DNA of 64,000 nt from Mizuhopecten yessoensis (Eukaryota), in assembly GCF_002113885.1 (NCBI RefSeq), contig NW_018405386.1:1549744-1613743 (forward strand), given 5' to 3'. Below are positions 52,001 to 64,000 of this stretch, piece after piece. A model generated the notes under the pieces. The model did no database searches and was not told the origin of the DNA. It saw nothing but the letters and a program-made list of their open reading frames with translations. Every line of letters starts with the position of its first letter. Position 1 is the first letter of the stretch. Both the position numbers and the translations under genes were made by a program.

Positions 52001-55000
52001 AATCCATGGAGGAATACATGTAACACTGATCGAGGACACAGCTTACAAGTCTTAAGTCATGGTTAACTTTGACCATAAACTGTCGACTTTTAGCGATGTA
52101 TTGGTCAACATGACATATCTATCCAGAAAGTCATAAGGCCTATGAAAGGTAATAGAGTAGGGAATCAACTAACAAGACTGATATGTTACCACTGAGGAAA
52201 ACAAAATTAAGAATCTTGAACTTTCCAGGGATATTTTTTCTTGTTACAGATAGTAGGATTACTTGTCAATCAGTCATGTAAGTTATCTACGAAGGAACAC
52301 ACTATACACCGAGAAAATTGTAGCCCAGTAAAAGTTCGCCTTTCGCCGATAAAAAACCATATTCGCTTAGGGTTAATTTCGCCCTTCACAATTACTTGCT
52401 ATTTAGTATATGCTGTTCGCTAGCATTTGCTGTAATGATATATACGCCCTCATTACGGAGGGCGAAAAAGACGAAAGTTAAAATGCAGGGAACATTTCCC
52501 GGTGTTCAGTATGTTTACTACTCGTATATTAGCGTAAACATTAATCATGCACCTGTAAAGGTGATTCATTCCAAAGTACTCTATTGAAAAACAACTTCAT
52601 TCCACAGAAAGATGATAACGTCATTCCAAGAAATAATGTCTCTAAAAGATAAACTACAATATTGACCGACTCTCCATGACCGGGCATACTACCTTTGAGA
52701 TAACTGAAAATTGAAAATGAAAGATATTTACTGACGTAATGCCTTATTCGATATCTGGCCTATTGATATTGACGAAATGTAAATTGTTTCCATGGCCTTC
52801 CCCCAATTATATGTCATTAGCACATGGAAATCATCTGTCTTTAGACTGACGCTGACGAATGAACACATACAGTTTCATATCGTGCTTCGATGTCTGCTGG
52901 TTCCTGTTGTTGTCTTGACAAACCAACTTTGAGTTATAATTTAGTCCTTTATCTAACCAACTTTGAGTTATAATTAAGTCTTTGTGTCTTACCAACTTTG
53001 AGTTCTTATAAAGTCCTTATGTCTAACCAACTTTTAGTTCTAATTTAGTCTTTGTATCTAACCAACTTTGAGTTCTAATTTAGTCCTTGTGTCTAACAAA
53101 CTTTGAGTTCTAATTTAGTCTTTCTATCTAACCAACTATGAGTTCATATTTAGTCCTCGTGTCTAACCAACTTTGAGTTCTAATTTAGTCCTTGTGTCCA
53201 ACCAACTTTGAGTTCTAATTTAGTCCTTGTGTCTAACCACTTTTGAGTTATAATATAGTCTTTGTATCTAACCAACTTTGAGTTCTAATTTAGTCCTTGT
53301 GTCTAACAAACTTTGAGCTCTAATTTAGTCTTTCTATCTAACCAACTATGAGTTCTAATTTAGTCCTTGTGTCTAACCAACTTAGAGTTATAATATAGTC
53401 GGTGTCTAACCAACATTGAGTTCTAATATAGTCCTTGTGTCTAACCAACTTTGAGTTCTAATTTAGTCTGTGTCTAAACAACATTGAGTTCTAATATAGT
53501 CCTTGTGTCTAACCAGCTTTGAGTTCTAATTTAGTCTATGTCTAACCAACATTGAGTTCTAATATAGTCCTTGTGTCTAACCAACTTTGAGTTCTAATTT
53601 AGTCTGTGTCTAAACAACATTGAGTTCTAATTTAGTCCTTGTGTCTAACCAGCTTTGAGTTCTAATTTAGTCCCCGTGTCTAACCAACTTTGAGTTCTAA
53701 TTTAGTCTGTGTCTAACTAACTCTGAGTTCTAATTTAGTCTGTGTCTAACCAACTCTGAGTTCTAATTTAGTCCCCGTGTCTAACCAACATTGAGTTCTA
53801 ATATAGTCCTTGTGTCTAACCAAAATTGATTTCTAATATAGTCCTTGTGTCTAACCAACTTTGAGGTCTAATTTAGTCTGTGTCTAATCAACTTTGAGTT
53901 CTAATATAGTCTGTGTCTAACCAACTCTGAGTTCTAATTTAGTCCCCGTGTCTAACCAAAATTGATTTCTAATATAGTCCTTGAGTCTAACCAACTTTGA
54001 GTTCTAATTTAGTCCCCGTGTCTAACCAACATTGAGTTCTAATATAGTCTGTGTCTAACCAACTATGAGTTCTAATATAGTCCTTGTGTCTAACCAAAAT
54101 TGATTTCTAATTTAGTCTTTGTGTCTAACCAAAATTGATTTCTTATATAGTCCTTGTGTCTAACCAAAATTGATTTCTAATATAGTCCTTGAGTCTAACC
54201 AACTTTGAGTTCTAATTTAGTCTTTGTGTCTAACCAAAATTGATTTCTAATTTAGTCCTTGTGTCTAACCAACTTTGAGTTATAATATAGTCTTTTTGTC
54301 CAACCAACTTTGAGTTCTAATTTAGTCTGTGTCTAACCCACCTTGAGTTATAATTTAATCTGTGTCTAACCAACTTCGAGTTATAATCTAGTCCTTTTGC
54401 CGAACCGACGTATACGAGTAAGCAATAATATTGCAATACCAATACAAGTATTTTGCAATAATTGCCTATTAGGAAATTATTTTAAAATTGGAATAGCATG
54501 CAATATACATTACCACCTGTTTGTTTTTAAGCATATTTATTACAGATTTTACAGATATGTGAATATTTGATCAAAAATATCCAAATTAAGCTTGCTTGTT
54601 GAGTGATAATTTCCAAAACTGCAAGAAAAAAAATCTATCCATCATGGAAACATGCTGAGATGCTCAAAGGCCAATTTCTACATAAAAGTGTTACATATTA
54701 CTCATGTTCTAGGAATACAAATTATTGTAGCATATTGCAATCTTCCCTGAATATCTGTCAATTTTCAGATGTTATGATTAATATAGGAAAACTACATCAT
54801 TGTACCCCTTAAATTAATTTAAACGATGCGTCTCCAGCAATATTTCTATTGAAATATATACATAAGAATATATATCATATAATACAAATTCGAGGTTTTT
54901 ACATACCGCTTTATCACAACCTAGTTCGAAGGTCGCCTCAAAGCGGTTCAAACAATATATCCTTGTTATAACTTACTATCAGCACCGTGATGGATTTCTG

Positions 55001-55055
55001 CAGATGTCAGTAAAAACCTGATCAGAAACAAGCAGGAATACTTGTCCATGTTCAT
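49010..55055 (-). CDS. Paralog E: inverted sister of paralog C (339 aa)
   Basis: complement join(55055..54977,51681..51528,51268..50892,50532..50434,50196..50099,49222..49010), 1020 nt in frame. MNMDKYSCLFLIRFLLTSA; CKTQINKTIHTCLAC; TFFTETIP-type repeats; GLFGLRRRRATSGCPSCD; VCGD..IIVTQ; VSFRTEDT..FGHFLAEKIWDEYVFEY*. Confidence 0.88.
52920..54400. repeat. 33-35-bp minisatellite in intron 1 of paralog E
   Basis: CTAACCAACTTTGAGTTCTAATTTAGTCCTTGTGT units. Confidence 0.95.
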
Positions 55056-55084
55056 GTTTAAAGTCTGTTTGCGGTCTGGTCAGA

Positions 55085-55203
55085 GTCAGTCTGGAGTAGG
55101 CTTGACATGTATCATTATCACACCTACGTAAATGATGTACAGATTCATGGAATAAGATTACGTGATCAGCACAGAAAGAGTTCTTAGAAAATCGAAACGC
55201 GTC
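55085..55203 (-). promoter_or_regulatory. Proximal promoter of paralog E, homologous to the paralog C promoter but lacking the TATA segment
   Basis: The reverse complement GACGCGTTT..TTCTAAGAA..TGATCACGTAATC..TTCCATGAATCTGTACATCATTTACGTAGG.TGTGATAAT..AGCCTACTCCAGA aligns to 27537-27655. Confidence 0.65.
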
Positions 55204-58200
55204 ATACAACATATTTATTTTTTATGAACTGAAATTTAAAGATAAACTTACCTAGAAAAACAATTCCATCCAAATGTTAGTTGTTATTATAAATGATAAT
55301 ATGCGATTTTGCACAAAACGCCGGAAGATCCATGGATAAAATGCATGCACCATTAATTATACAGACACGTGTGGTAGTGACGCCCTGTCATTAATAAAAA
55401 TTACGTGGTAAAGTTGTAATACAAAAATAATATGTAGACTGCATTAAAAACGTCAAGTACTTGTGAGGTATTAACAAGTATGCGTAGTTGAAAGCAGAAA
55501 AATAACAGATCACGGACGAAAGGCTAATCAATCAGTCCACCATCTGGAGGACTAAAACTGTCTATCCTGTATGCTTGTGATACTAGTTTACATCATTTGT
55601 TTTATAATTTATTCCAAGCCTCAGTCAGCATAAGGTCCACAGGGCATGCGTTGTCCACCTGGATATCTAAACAATCATGGCAACATATTTTCATTGAAGG
55701 TAGTATTGCAAATATTTCTAAATTTGTTTTTGCTCAAGTCTCCACGATGTCGATGATGCTCCGTAGAACTTATCAAAAGACAAAGACAAATGTTGAACTA
55801 CAATTAATGTACTTGTCTACATATCATACCCATGTAACATGGTTCTTGGCCTTACGGTTCTTTAGAAAGTGTTGCTTGAAATGTTTTATATTTGACCCCT
55901 CTGATCTTGATCAAATTCTTTTAAGAAGATTTTTCTATAGCACTCCATCCTATGTGCCTACTGGAAAAATATCAGGAGCCCGGATCTTATGAAACTTAAA
56001 AAGGAGCTTCTTAAAGCATTTAACCCATAAAAGCCCATGCATGATGGTAACCTTTGACCCCAGCCATTGTTCAAAGTTGACTTTCAAGTTGACCTAAACG
56101 TAGGTCAAGGTCACTTATATAGGAAACTTAAAAGCACTTCACCATACCTACAGGCCAGTTATCAGGACCCTTTCTCTTTCTGTTTTCAAGAGTAGCCAGT
56201 GAAAGGAAAAATTGAAGGACAAACAGACAGTGGTATGCTAGGCTATACCATAATCTCACATGCACTTCATGACACCATAAACCTAGTACTTTAACTCTTT
56301 CTAAAGTAAATAAGCTTATTTGAGGTATATTTGAGAAAGGTTTACATTATTAAATGTTCAGTAAGTATCTCATGGTATTGTATATTTGAAATACTTAACT
56401 TAATGTTTTACACAGAAGAAAGAGTTCACAGGCAAAAATACTTCCTATTATTGATATTGTCCGTGTCACACCCTAAACTCAGGTGCCTAAGACCCTTTTG
56501 CATTTCCGGTTCAACCAGTTTGTCTGTTTTCAAATGTAAACTTTTTCGGAGTAAAAATCCTGGCGGACCTGCCAATGTTTATGCAGGACTTGCAAAGCTG
56601 TGCCATGGCCCGCCTAAAAAGCAGCATCAGATTACTAGGTCCGACTTTATTTCATTAGCAAACAACTGGTCCAACCGTTTGGATCGTGATAACGAATGCT
56701 TTCTAGTGTCATTACTAGATTGGGGAAAGGGAAGTAACCCTGATCAATAATTTCTAGTCGGTATATATATATATATATATAGTTGCAATGATTATACAGT
56801 CTTAATTATGTAAAAGTTGAAAAAATACAAAGATAATTTCAAAAATCACTTTATTATCTGATACAAACAGCTTTCATATATCACAGTCTGCTTTAATTTC
56901 AACAATAATTGTCACTGTAACATAAAAATTATAGGTACTAACCAAATCATTATATGTTTGTATACTTTTTATGTTTCCTGAGCTCAAAGATTGGAGAAAT
57001 CTACAAATAAAAAATCTGAATATATATAGGTTTGGGCATGAAGTTCTATTTATATAAAAAAAAAATGCAATACAACGCCATATGGTGTTTTTTCATAATT
57101 AAATGAATAGCCTTAAGGCATAGCATTCTAAATATTCATATTTTAAATTTAAATTTTACACAAACAGTTTACATTAATGAAAACTGAACCAATGTGACGA
57201 AAGGCTCCCAAGTGTCAAAATTACCAATGTTGATGGCTTTGTACACCTAAAACAGAATTTGAATTATCTAGACTTCCAGACAAAACAAAATAGGTTAAAG
57301 CATCAAGTTTATCGATAGGAATGTCTCAATTTTTTTTAACAGGGATGTCTTTGGCTGAGTTGTCTTCAACAAACACAGTGTATGAATATATTAATGTATG
57401 TATGAATGTATGTATGTATGTATGTATGAATGTATGTATGTATTATGCAAATTTCAACTGAAAAGATTCCAAAGCATATCCTTCACAAGAATGTTTTTTT
57501 TTTTTTAATTTTGATCCTTAGCTCTCATCAGGCCACTGATAGCATAAATTACAAGAACTGCTCTCTCAACAAGTAATCAAGAGGTGGTGTATGTTTGTTG
57601 ATAGACTTGTTTCACCCAATAGTACACTACCTAAGTGTGATAGTGTACTGACCGCAGACACACAACAAAACATGCTTCGATATATACTTTATCTACGTAA
57701 TAACACAACTACAGAACTAGCAATCAAATGATTTTGACACAAACACACATGAACATAGTCTGGAATGTGAATACAAACTAATTATAGCACCATTGGTTTT
57801 TAACTGTGTAATACTGTAATCCTGGATTAAATGTTGAGGGATTTGGCGGTAGAGATCGAGGCTGAATAAGCTGTGGTCAAAATAATGTAACGTGGGATCC
57901 CATGAGGAGGGGGTGGGGTAGAGGGGAAGAAATATAGGGTTGGAGGCTAGGGGTGAAGACAGGTTGCATGAAGACTGTTTTATTCTTCATGAATCAAACC
58001 ATACAGGTTTGAGCCTTGTATAAGTTCCTTTCCTTGTGTGTAACTGGTTATAATATTGATTAAGCTCGGAGGCCAGTTGTTTTAATCTGACTCCACGATA
58101 GAATTTCAAACAGAGTTTTTTGGGGAAATGATTTTTTTCTGTTGTAATGGTATTGTACTGGCAAGAAACGAGACTATACACAAACAAATATATCATTTTT

Positions 58201-58233
58201 AACACATCCTTTCAGCTATCTAGAAACATTGGT

Positions 58234-61200
58234 CTATAGATGTGATTTCTTCTGCAGCAGTCTCTTCCTCTGGTTGTAGTCGTTGGAGGAGGTGAGCCAT
58301 TCTCCCCCGTCCGCTACGATGACTGTCCCGGTAACCAGCTGAGCAGCATCACTGACCACGTAAAGGACAGTATTGCCGATGTCCTCACGCTTTCCCATTC
58401 TTTGTATCGGTATACTCTGCACATAGTCATCAGTAATACTCCTACCACCTGTAACATATAACATAAATCATTGCTTCATTAAGTTGTTTTTTGGAGGCAA
58501 ACCTAACTGATTCCCATTTCCTGTACCAGCTTCAGCAAGTTTCATTAAATTTGTAACGGAAATGGAATGAGTTTGCGATTGTTTTTCTCATATCTCTAAC
58601 CAAAACCATGCTAAATTGCACACTTTGTGATTATTTTACAGGAAAAAATAAATGAAAACACCATTAGTTTTTCTGATGCGGTGAATTTGTGATGCATGTA
58701 TTATTATTTCATGCTTGTATTGTTCCTTGTGATGTCACAATGACTGAAAGCAAATTTTTTAAATCAAAAATATTATGTGCGGGTTTTATTCCTGCAGCCA
58801 AGATTAAATCTTTTTATGTAGGATGTTGGTATCAGATACATTTTTGCAAAGTATTAATTTTAAGAATAAGATCTCTCAGAAAATTCAACATTGTATATCG
58901 GGAAATTTACACCGCAGTTCAATTATCACCTTTTCACCTTTTGTAATGAAGGCAAATTTATCATTACAGCAAACAAAAGGGCAAAATTAATACCGAGTGA
59001 ATATGTATTTTGACGGGGTAGGGAAAAAGTATCCTGGTATAGAGTATGTATTTTAACTCACTTCAATATGCCATGCCAACAAAATGCCTTGCCAACAAAA
59101 TCAATAATGTTGAATCAAATTACACTTACGATAAAAAATATCAAAACAGCTTAATTGTAAAAAAAAAAAGAGATTCTCTTTCACTATTTCAAACAGAGTT
59201 ACAATGGTCCTTTATTTTGTACACCTCTAAATTTCTCCTACTCTGCCCAAACCCTTGGGAGGGGAACTCACACTTAGTTTATGCAAAGTTGTGTCTAAAT
59301 TGTCCAATGTTGCTTCAGACCAAATTTTATAAAAAGAAAATCTGATCAGCACTTCAGGAGGAGTAGCCTTTTAAAGGAAAAGGATCATGTCAGACTGAAA
59401 GATATATAACAGCCACAGCAGAAGCATTGGCTTACTTTGGTCCTTCCAACCAGGTGAACCAAATAAATGCCAAGTTATAAGCTAAAATAATGCGGTGTAA
59501 AGAATGATGTACAGTATACCATAAAACTTTTCTCCAGATAAACTATTGCCCTTCGCTGGTAAAATTATTTTTTTTCACAATTTTACATTCGCCCTTTACA
59601 TTTCATTACTTTGTTTATTATGTTGTTTACAAATTTTTGCAGTAATGATAAATTTGCCCTCATTTCAGAGGTAAAAATTAAACTACATTGAAAATTCCTT
59701 GGTATACTGAAGGTGATATTTAAGGCTTAAAATAGACTGTCTAGTTTTTCATGTTTATGAAGAACTACCTTAAAAAAAAGTAGCACTAGTTTTTAGGAGG
59801 CTGAGAAGTCCTTCTTACCTAGTCGTCTCATACCCTCCGTGTCTGAAATTGGTCCTGGTGCCACACACATGACCCTCACTCCATCCATCCCCCACTCCAC
59901 AGCCATGTGTTTGGTCATTGCCTCTGGTAATATAAATATCATGTGTTTAAAAATAAATATATGCTTTAAACCAGGTAGGTATGAGACTGTGATGTACAAA
60001 TAGTGCACTTCAATGAATCCATCTTAAGTGAAAAATAAAGACATAGACACCATGTATTATTTGAAAATCTAAAACTTTCACTGTACAGACTAGTCCATCT
60101 GTGCCCCCATTATTTGTCTGACCCCTACCCATATTTGGTCCTAACAAAGTTAAATCTCAACCCTTGTATAATCCTCGTACAGTTTTACCCCTTCCCATAT
60201 TTGGTCCTCACAAAGTTGAATCTCAACCCTTGTATAATCCTCGTACAGTTTTACCCCTACCCTCGGTTTACCCTGAAAATTGTCTGACCTTTCCAATTGT
60301 TTGTACCCAATCATTGTTTGATCTTTACGACTGTCTGACCATTCAAGTTGTTAGATCCTTACAATTGTTTTAACCTTACCCTTATTTGACCCTTGTTTGA
60401 CCCTTGTTTGACCCTAACAGTCATTAGACACTAACGATCATGTAAACCAACGTCTGACTGCTATCCTTGTTAACCCTGAAGTCCTTTCTTTGTAGCTTGC
60501 CCTAACTTCTTCACCCCTTACCTTGTCTGACCCCTTTTATTTGATTGGTCCCTTTGTTTACTTGACCACTACACTTGCTTGACCATTGACATGATGACTT
60601 ACCTATGGCCGCCTTAGCTGATCCGGCATGAGCCTGGAGTGTTGTTCCGCGGGTCTGTATTGTGGCTGTGATGTTAATCATTACTCCGCCATGATCCTAC
60701 AAAAAAAAGAAAAAACAACATCAACTTTTGTCGGGTTCATTTCCAGTCAGTCCTTACATAACAAAGACCATTTGATAAGATAAGTACTTAGTAGGTGCTT
60801 GCTTGGAAGAAATTCAAGAACTTGGTTTTTCTGAATTACTTTATTTACCCACAAATAAGCCCATGCCTGTTAATAAGCCCACTCATATCTACTGCAGTTC
60901 AGTAGAAATTCCAACAAATGCTATTTCATTGTCCTGAAATGAGCCCATACTCTTCTCATACTTGCCAACTTTTTGAAATTTCCATGTGGGAGATTCACAG
61001 GTTTCAACCTGCTCAATTTTTGGGTCCAAAATCGGGAGAGTTGTATGTCTCCTTTGAGTGATGAATTAATCACACATAGGTGATTGCTCCTTACAAATTT
61101 GGTAATCGATACAGTATGGTAATTGATACAGTATGGTAATCGATACAGTATGGTAGTAGATACAGTATGGTAATAGATACAGTATGGTAATCGATACAGT

Positions 61201-62812
61201 ATGGTAATAGATACAGTATGGTTATATATACAGTATGATAATCGATACAGTATGGTAATCGATACAGTATGGTAATAGATACAGTATGGTAATAGATACA
61301 GTATGGTAATAGATAAAGTATGGTAATAGATACAGTATGGTTATAGATACAGTATGATAATCGATACAGTATGATAATCGATACAGTATGGTAATAGATA
61401 CAGTATGGTAATAGATACAGTATGGTTATCGATACGGTATGGTAATAGATACAGTATGGTAATCGATACAGTATGGTAATCGATACAGTATGGTAATCGA
61501 TACAGTATGGTAATAGATACGGTATGGTAATCGAAACCGTATGGCTATAGATGCGGTATGGTAATCGATACGGTATGGTAATAGATACGGTATGGTAATC
61601 GATACAGTATGGTAATAGATACAGTATGGTAATCGATACAGTATGGTAATAGATACAGTATGGTAATAGATACAGTATGCCAACAATGAATTACATTGCA
61701 TCATACAGATAAATAATCAATCTAGGACTCATCGGCTATGCTAGGGTCCGAAGAGTTGGAAATCAGAATTGTCTCAACTACTGTGAAACCAAGGGGAGAG
61801 AAGCAAAAATTAAGAGAAGTACTGTTTGGTAAGTTTAAAAGTCCAAAGTTTAGTGGGTTGTTTTGTGGGGTTCTGAGATTGAGCGCAGATAACAAAATAT
61901 GCAGGTAGATTGATGAAGTAGTAAATACAATAAAGAGAAAATCTATCATATCATGTTTTTCAAGCCTCGATCACCAGTGAGTCGGCCTATGAATTAAGTA
62001 CCACCTACGAGTGACACTTGATTAAGTTGTGATAGAGTCTTCCCTTTATTATATTTCTTAAAGAAGAAAACCAAAGTCTGCCTATAAGTATTTTCTAGAC
62101 TCTTTTGTTGGTGCCTGGGCATGTTTGTCCATTCAAGCTTCTAGTATCCCTTAGTTACCTGAACAGATAACAACCCAAAGCTCAACAGCATGGAAGCAAT
62201 ACATATGACTGGAAAGTTAAGTACACATAATTCAATTTAATTTTGTTATTTTATATTATTAAGTGAATTATCTAAACAATGAAATTAAAATTTCAAGACC
62301 CATAATTCCAGAAAAAACAGACAAATCACAAATTCTTTTCTTCATGCATGTGTACATATGATGTAGTTTGACTGTGCGAAGTTACCAAACATGCCAACAA
62401 ACGGTTAAGGAGGTTTACTTACAAGGTTCTGAAGCAGAAATTTTAAGTTAAAAGGGCCATAGCTACAGAAAAACTAGCTGTTTCACTAATTCCTTTCTCC
62501 TTGTACATCTACATACAACTTCCTTTCACTGTGTCAAGTTAAAAAAAAATCAACACAATTAAGGAGGAGTTGCGCTTACAAGGATAATGAACAGATGGAT
62601 TGACGGACAGATGGATGGAGTGCGTGATTATAAAAGCAAATAACAAAAAAACTGATTTGTCATGAACTTTATTGAAAGTCTACCAACCTTCATGTATTTC
62701 TCGTAGATGACCTTGCTGACATTAAACGTGCCGTGAGCATCAATTTCCATTACAGTTTTGAAAGCATTAAAGGACAGTCCAGTTATAGGTGACAGAAAAT
62801 TACCAGCCGCAC
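58234..62812 (-). CDS. DECR2: Peroxisomal 2,4-dienoyl-CoA reductase (SDR family), last four coding exons; 5' exons not found and probably beyond the window
   Basis: complement join(62812..62688,60696..60603,59923..59819,58448..58234): [41 protein letters not shown] / [21 protein letters not shown] / [35 protein letters not shown] / ..[17 protein letters not shown]. Closely matches the DECR2 sequence as I know it and ends in a PTS1-type tripeptide. Confidence 0.93.
61101..61679. repeat. 17-bp minisatellite in a DECR2 intron
   Basis: GGTAATMGATACAGTAT units with period 17. Confidence 0.95.
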
Positions 62813-64000
62813 CTAGAGTAACAGAAAACAGAGACAATATTACAAAATCAACTGTTAAAGCACTCTGATGGAAAATTGTTAAATTTCTTAATTCTGAAAA
62901 TATTTTTATTTATTGTAATAATAATAATCTTTATTTAAGCTTGTGTACATTGTCAACAACAAACATAAGCTCTGTAGAGCTTTTATTGCTAAGGTTTTTG
63001 AGGTGGAGGAAAACACATGGGGGAAAACCACCTTGCCCTAGGAAGGGTAACAGACATCACTCTCTTTTTCCTCCAATGCTGGAGATCTAACCAAAATTCT
63101 TGTGAGAATGAGTAGTCTGAAGCTCTTATGCTTGATTGCACACAGTAGAAATTACTGCGTGTTAGCAATCAAGGCTACCAAGGAACCTGAAAACAATTGT
63201 AACTTTGTTTTCCATTTTTTTTCAGTTGGAAAGGCATTACTGTTTGATTGTTCAAAACAAATGATTTTTTTCATTGATTATACCCACTATTGCAGCCAGG
63301 AGAAATGAAATTGGGTTAAATGTTTATTTTTGATTAATAGGAATTCAAATGTAGTCCCTTTTCATACTTTTCAAGAAAAACATATTAAGCAAGTTTGAGA
63401 GCATATATTTATCGCTGAACTGACAAATATGAACAAAGGGCCATAACTCTGAAGTAAAGTACAAATGTATGACGGATTGACCCCTGATTTAAGTATTTGA
63501 CATCCTTCCATCACAATGAATATCTGCAAAACTTTTTGGTCAATTATTTGTGACAAAGTATACGAGAATGCATCGGGCAAAGTGACCTGTGGTGAACGAA
63601 GGGGCATAACTCTGACAATAGTTGGACACTAGGCTGAATTTTAGTACACAACACTTTGCTATCCAAAGAGGTGTCAGTAGGGCTGCAATGATACGCAAAC
63701 CTCACCAAACAATATATATCGTGGTATGATGCTTACGATAGGATACCTATCACAATACAAATATCTGCTTAAAAGGTCAACATCATCATGATTGAGCGAA
63801 GGATTTTATCAAGTTTTGTCACAGACTTCAATAGTAAATACTATCAAAATATAATTTTGTATATTATCTAGTACTTTTGGGTATGACTGCACAGTGGACC
63901 ACATCTGTACTGAAGGATTAAAAAAATATCAGTCCACTCCTTTAAGAGTTTGATAAATGTTTATTGATAATTTAAGTACTATTAGTGTATTGCAATACAG

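Overview
AT-rich, intron-containing eukaryotic DNA, inferred to be an invertebrate and most likely a bivalve mollusc from the SINE-like repeats and minisatellites. Splicing exons by hand (GT-AG sites, frame-consistent) reveals a cluster of FIVE paralogous six-coding-exon genes that the ORF track shows only as fragments: three on + (A 2628-7883, B 9439-21388, C 27726-33832) and two on - (D 45954-40481, E 55055-49010). All share intron phases 1-2-1-1-0 and one architecture: signal peptide; a helical domain with C-x10-C-x2-C and an invariant N-x-T; a hypervariable exon 3 of amphipathic segments (Pro-punctuated 19-aa repeats in A, B, C, E; a 4.4-kb mucin-like expansion in B); [LV]F-x(0,1)-G followed by a poly-Arg furin/amidation site; C-x2-C...VCG; and a conserved C-terminal domain ending [LI]A-x-x-I[WY]. 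I do not recognise the family. Paralogs C and E share a conserved promoter with two STAT-type TTCN3GAA sites, and E lacks the TATA segment. The right end holds the last four coding exons of peroxisomal 2,4-dienoyl-CoA reductase (DECR2, - strand). The rest is minisatellites, SINE/LINE remnants and hairpin elements. No database search was possible, so novelty and function are inferences.
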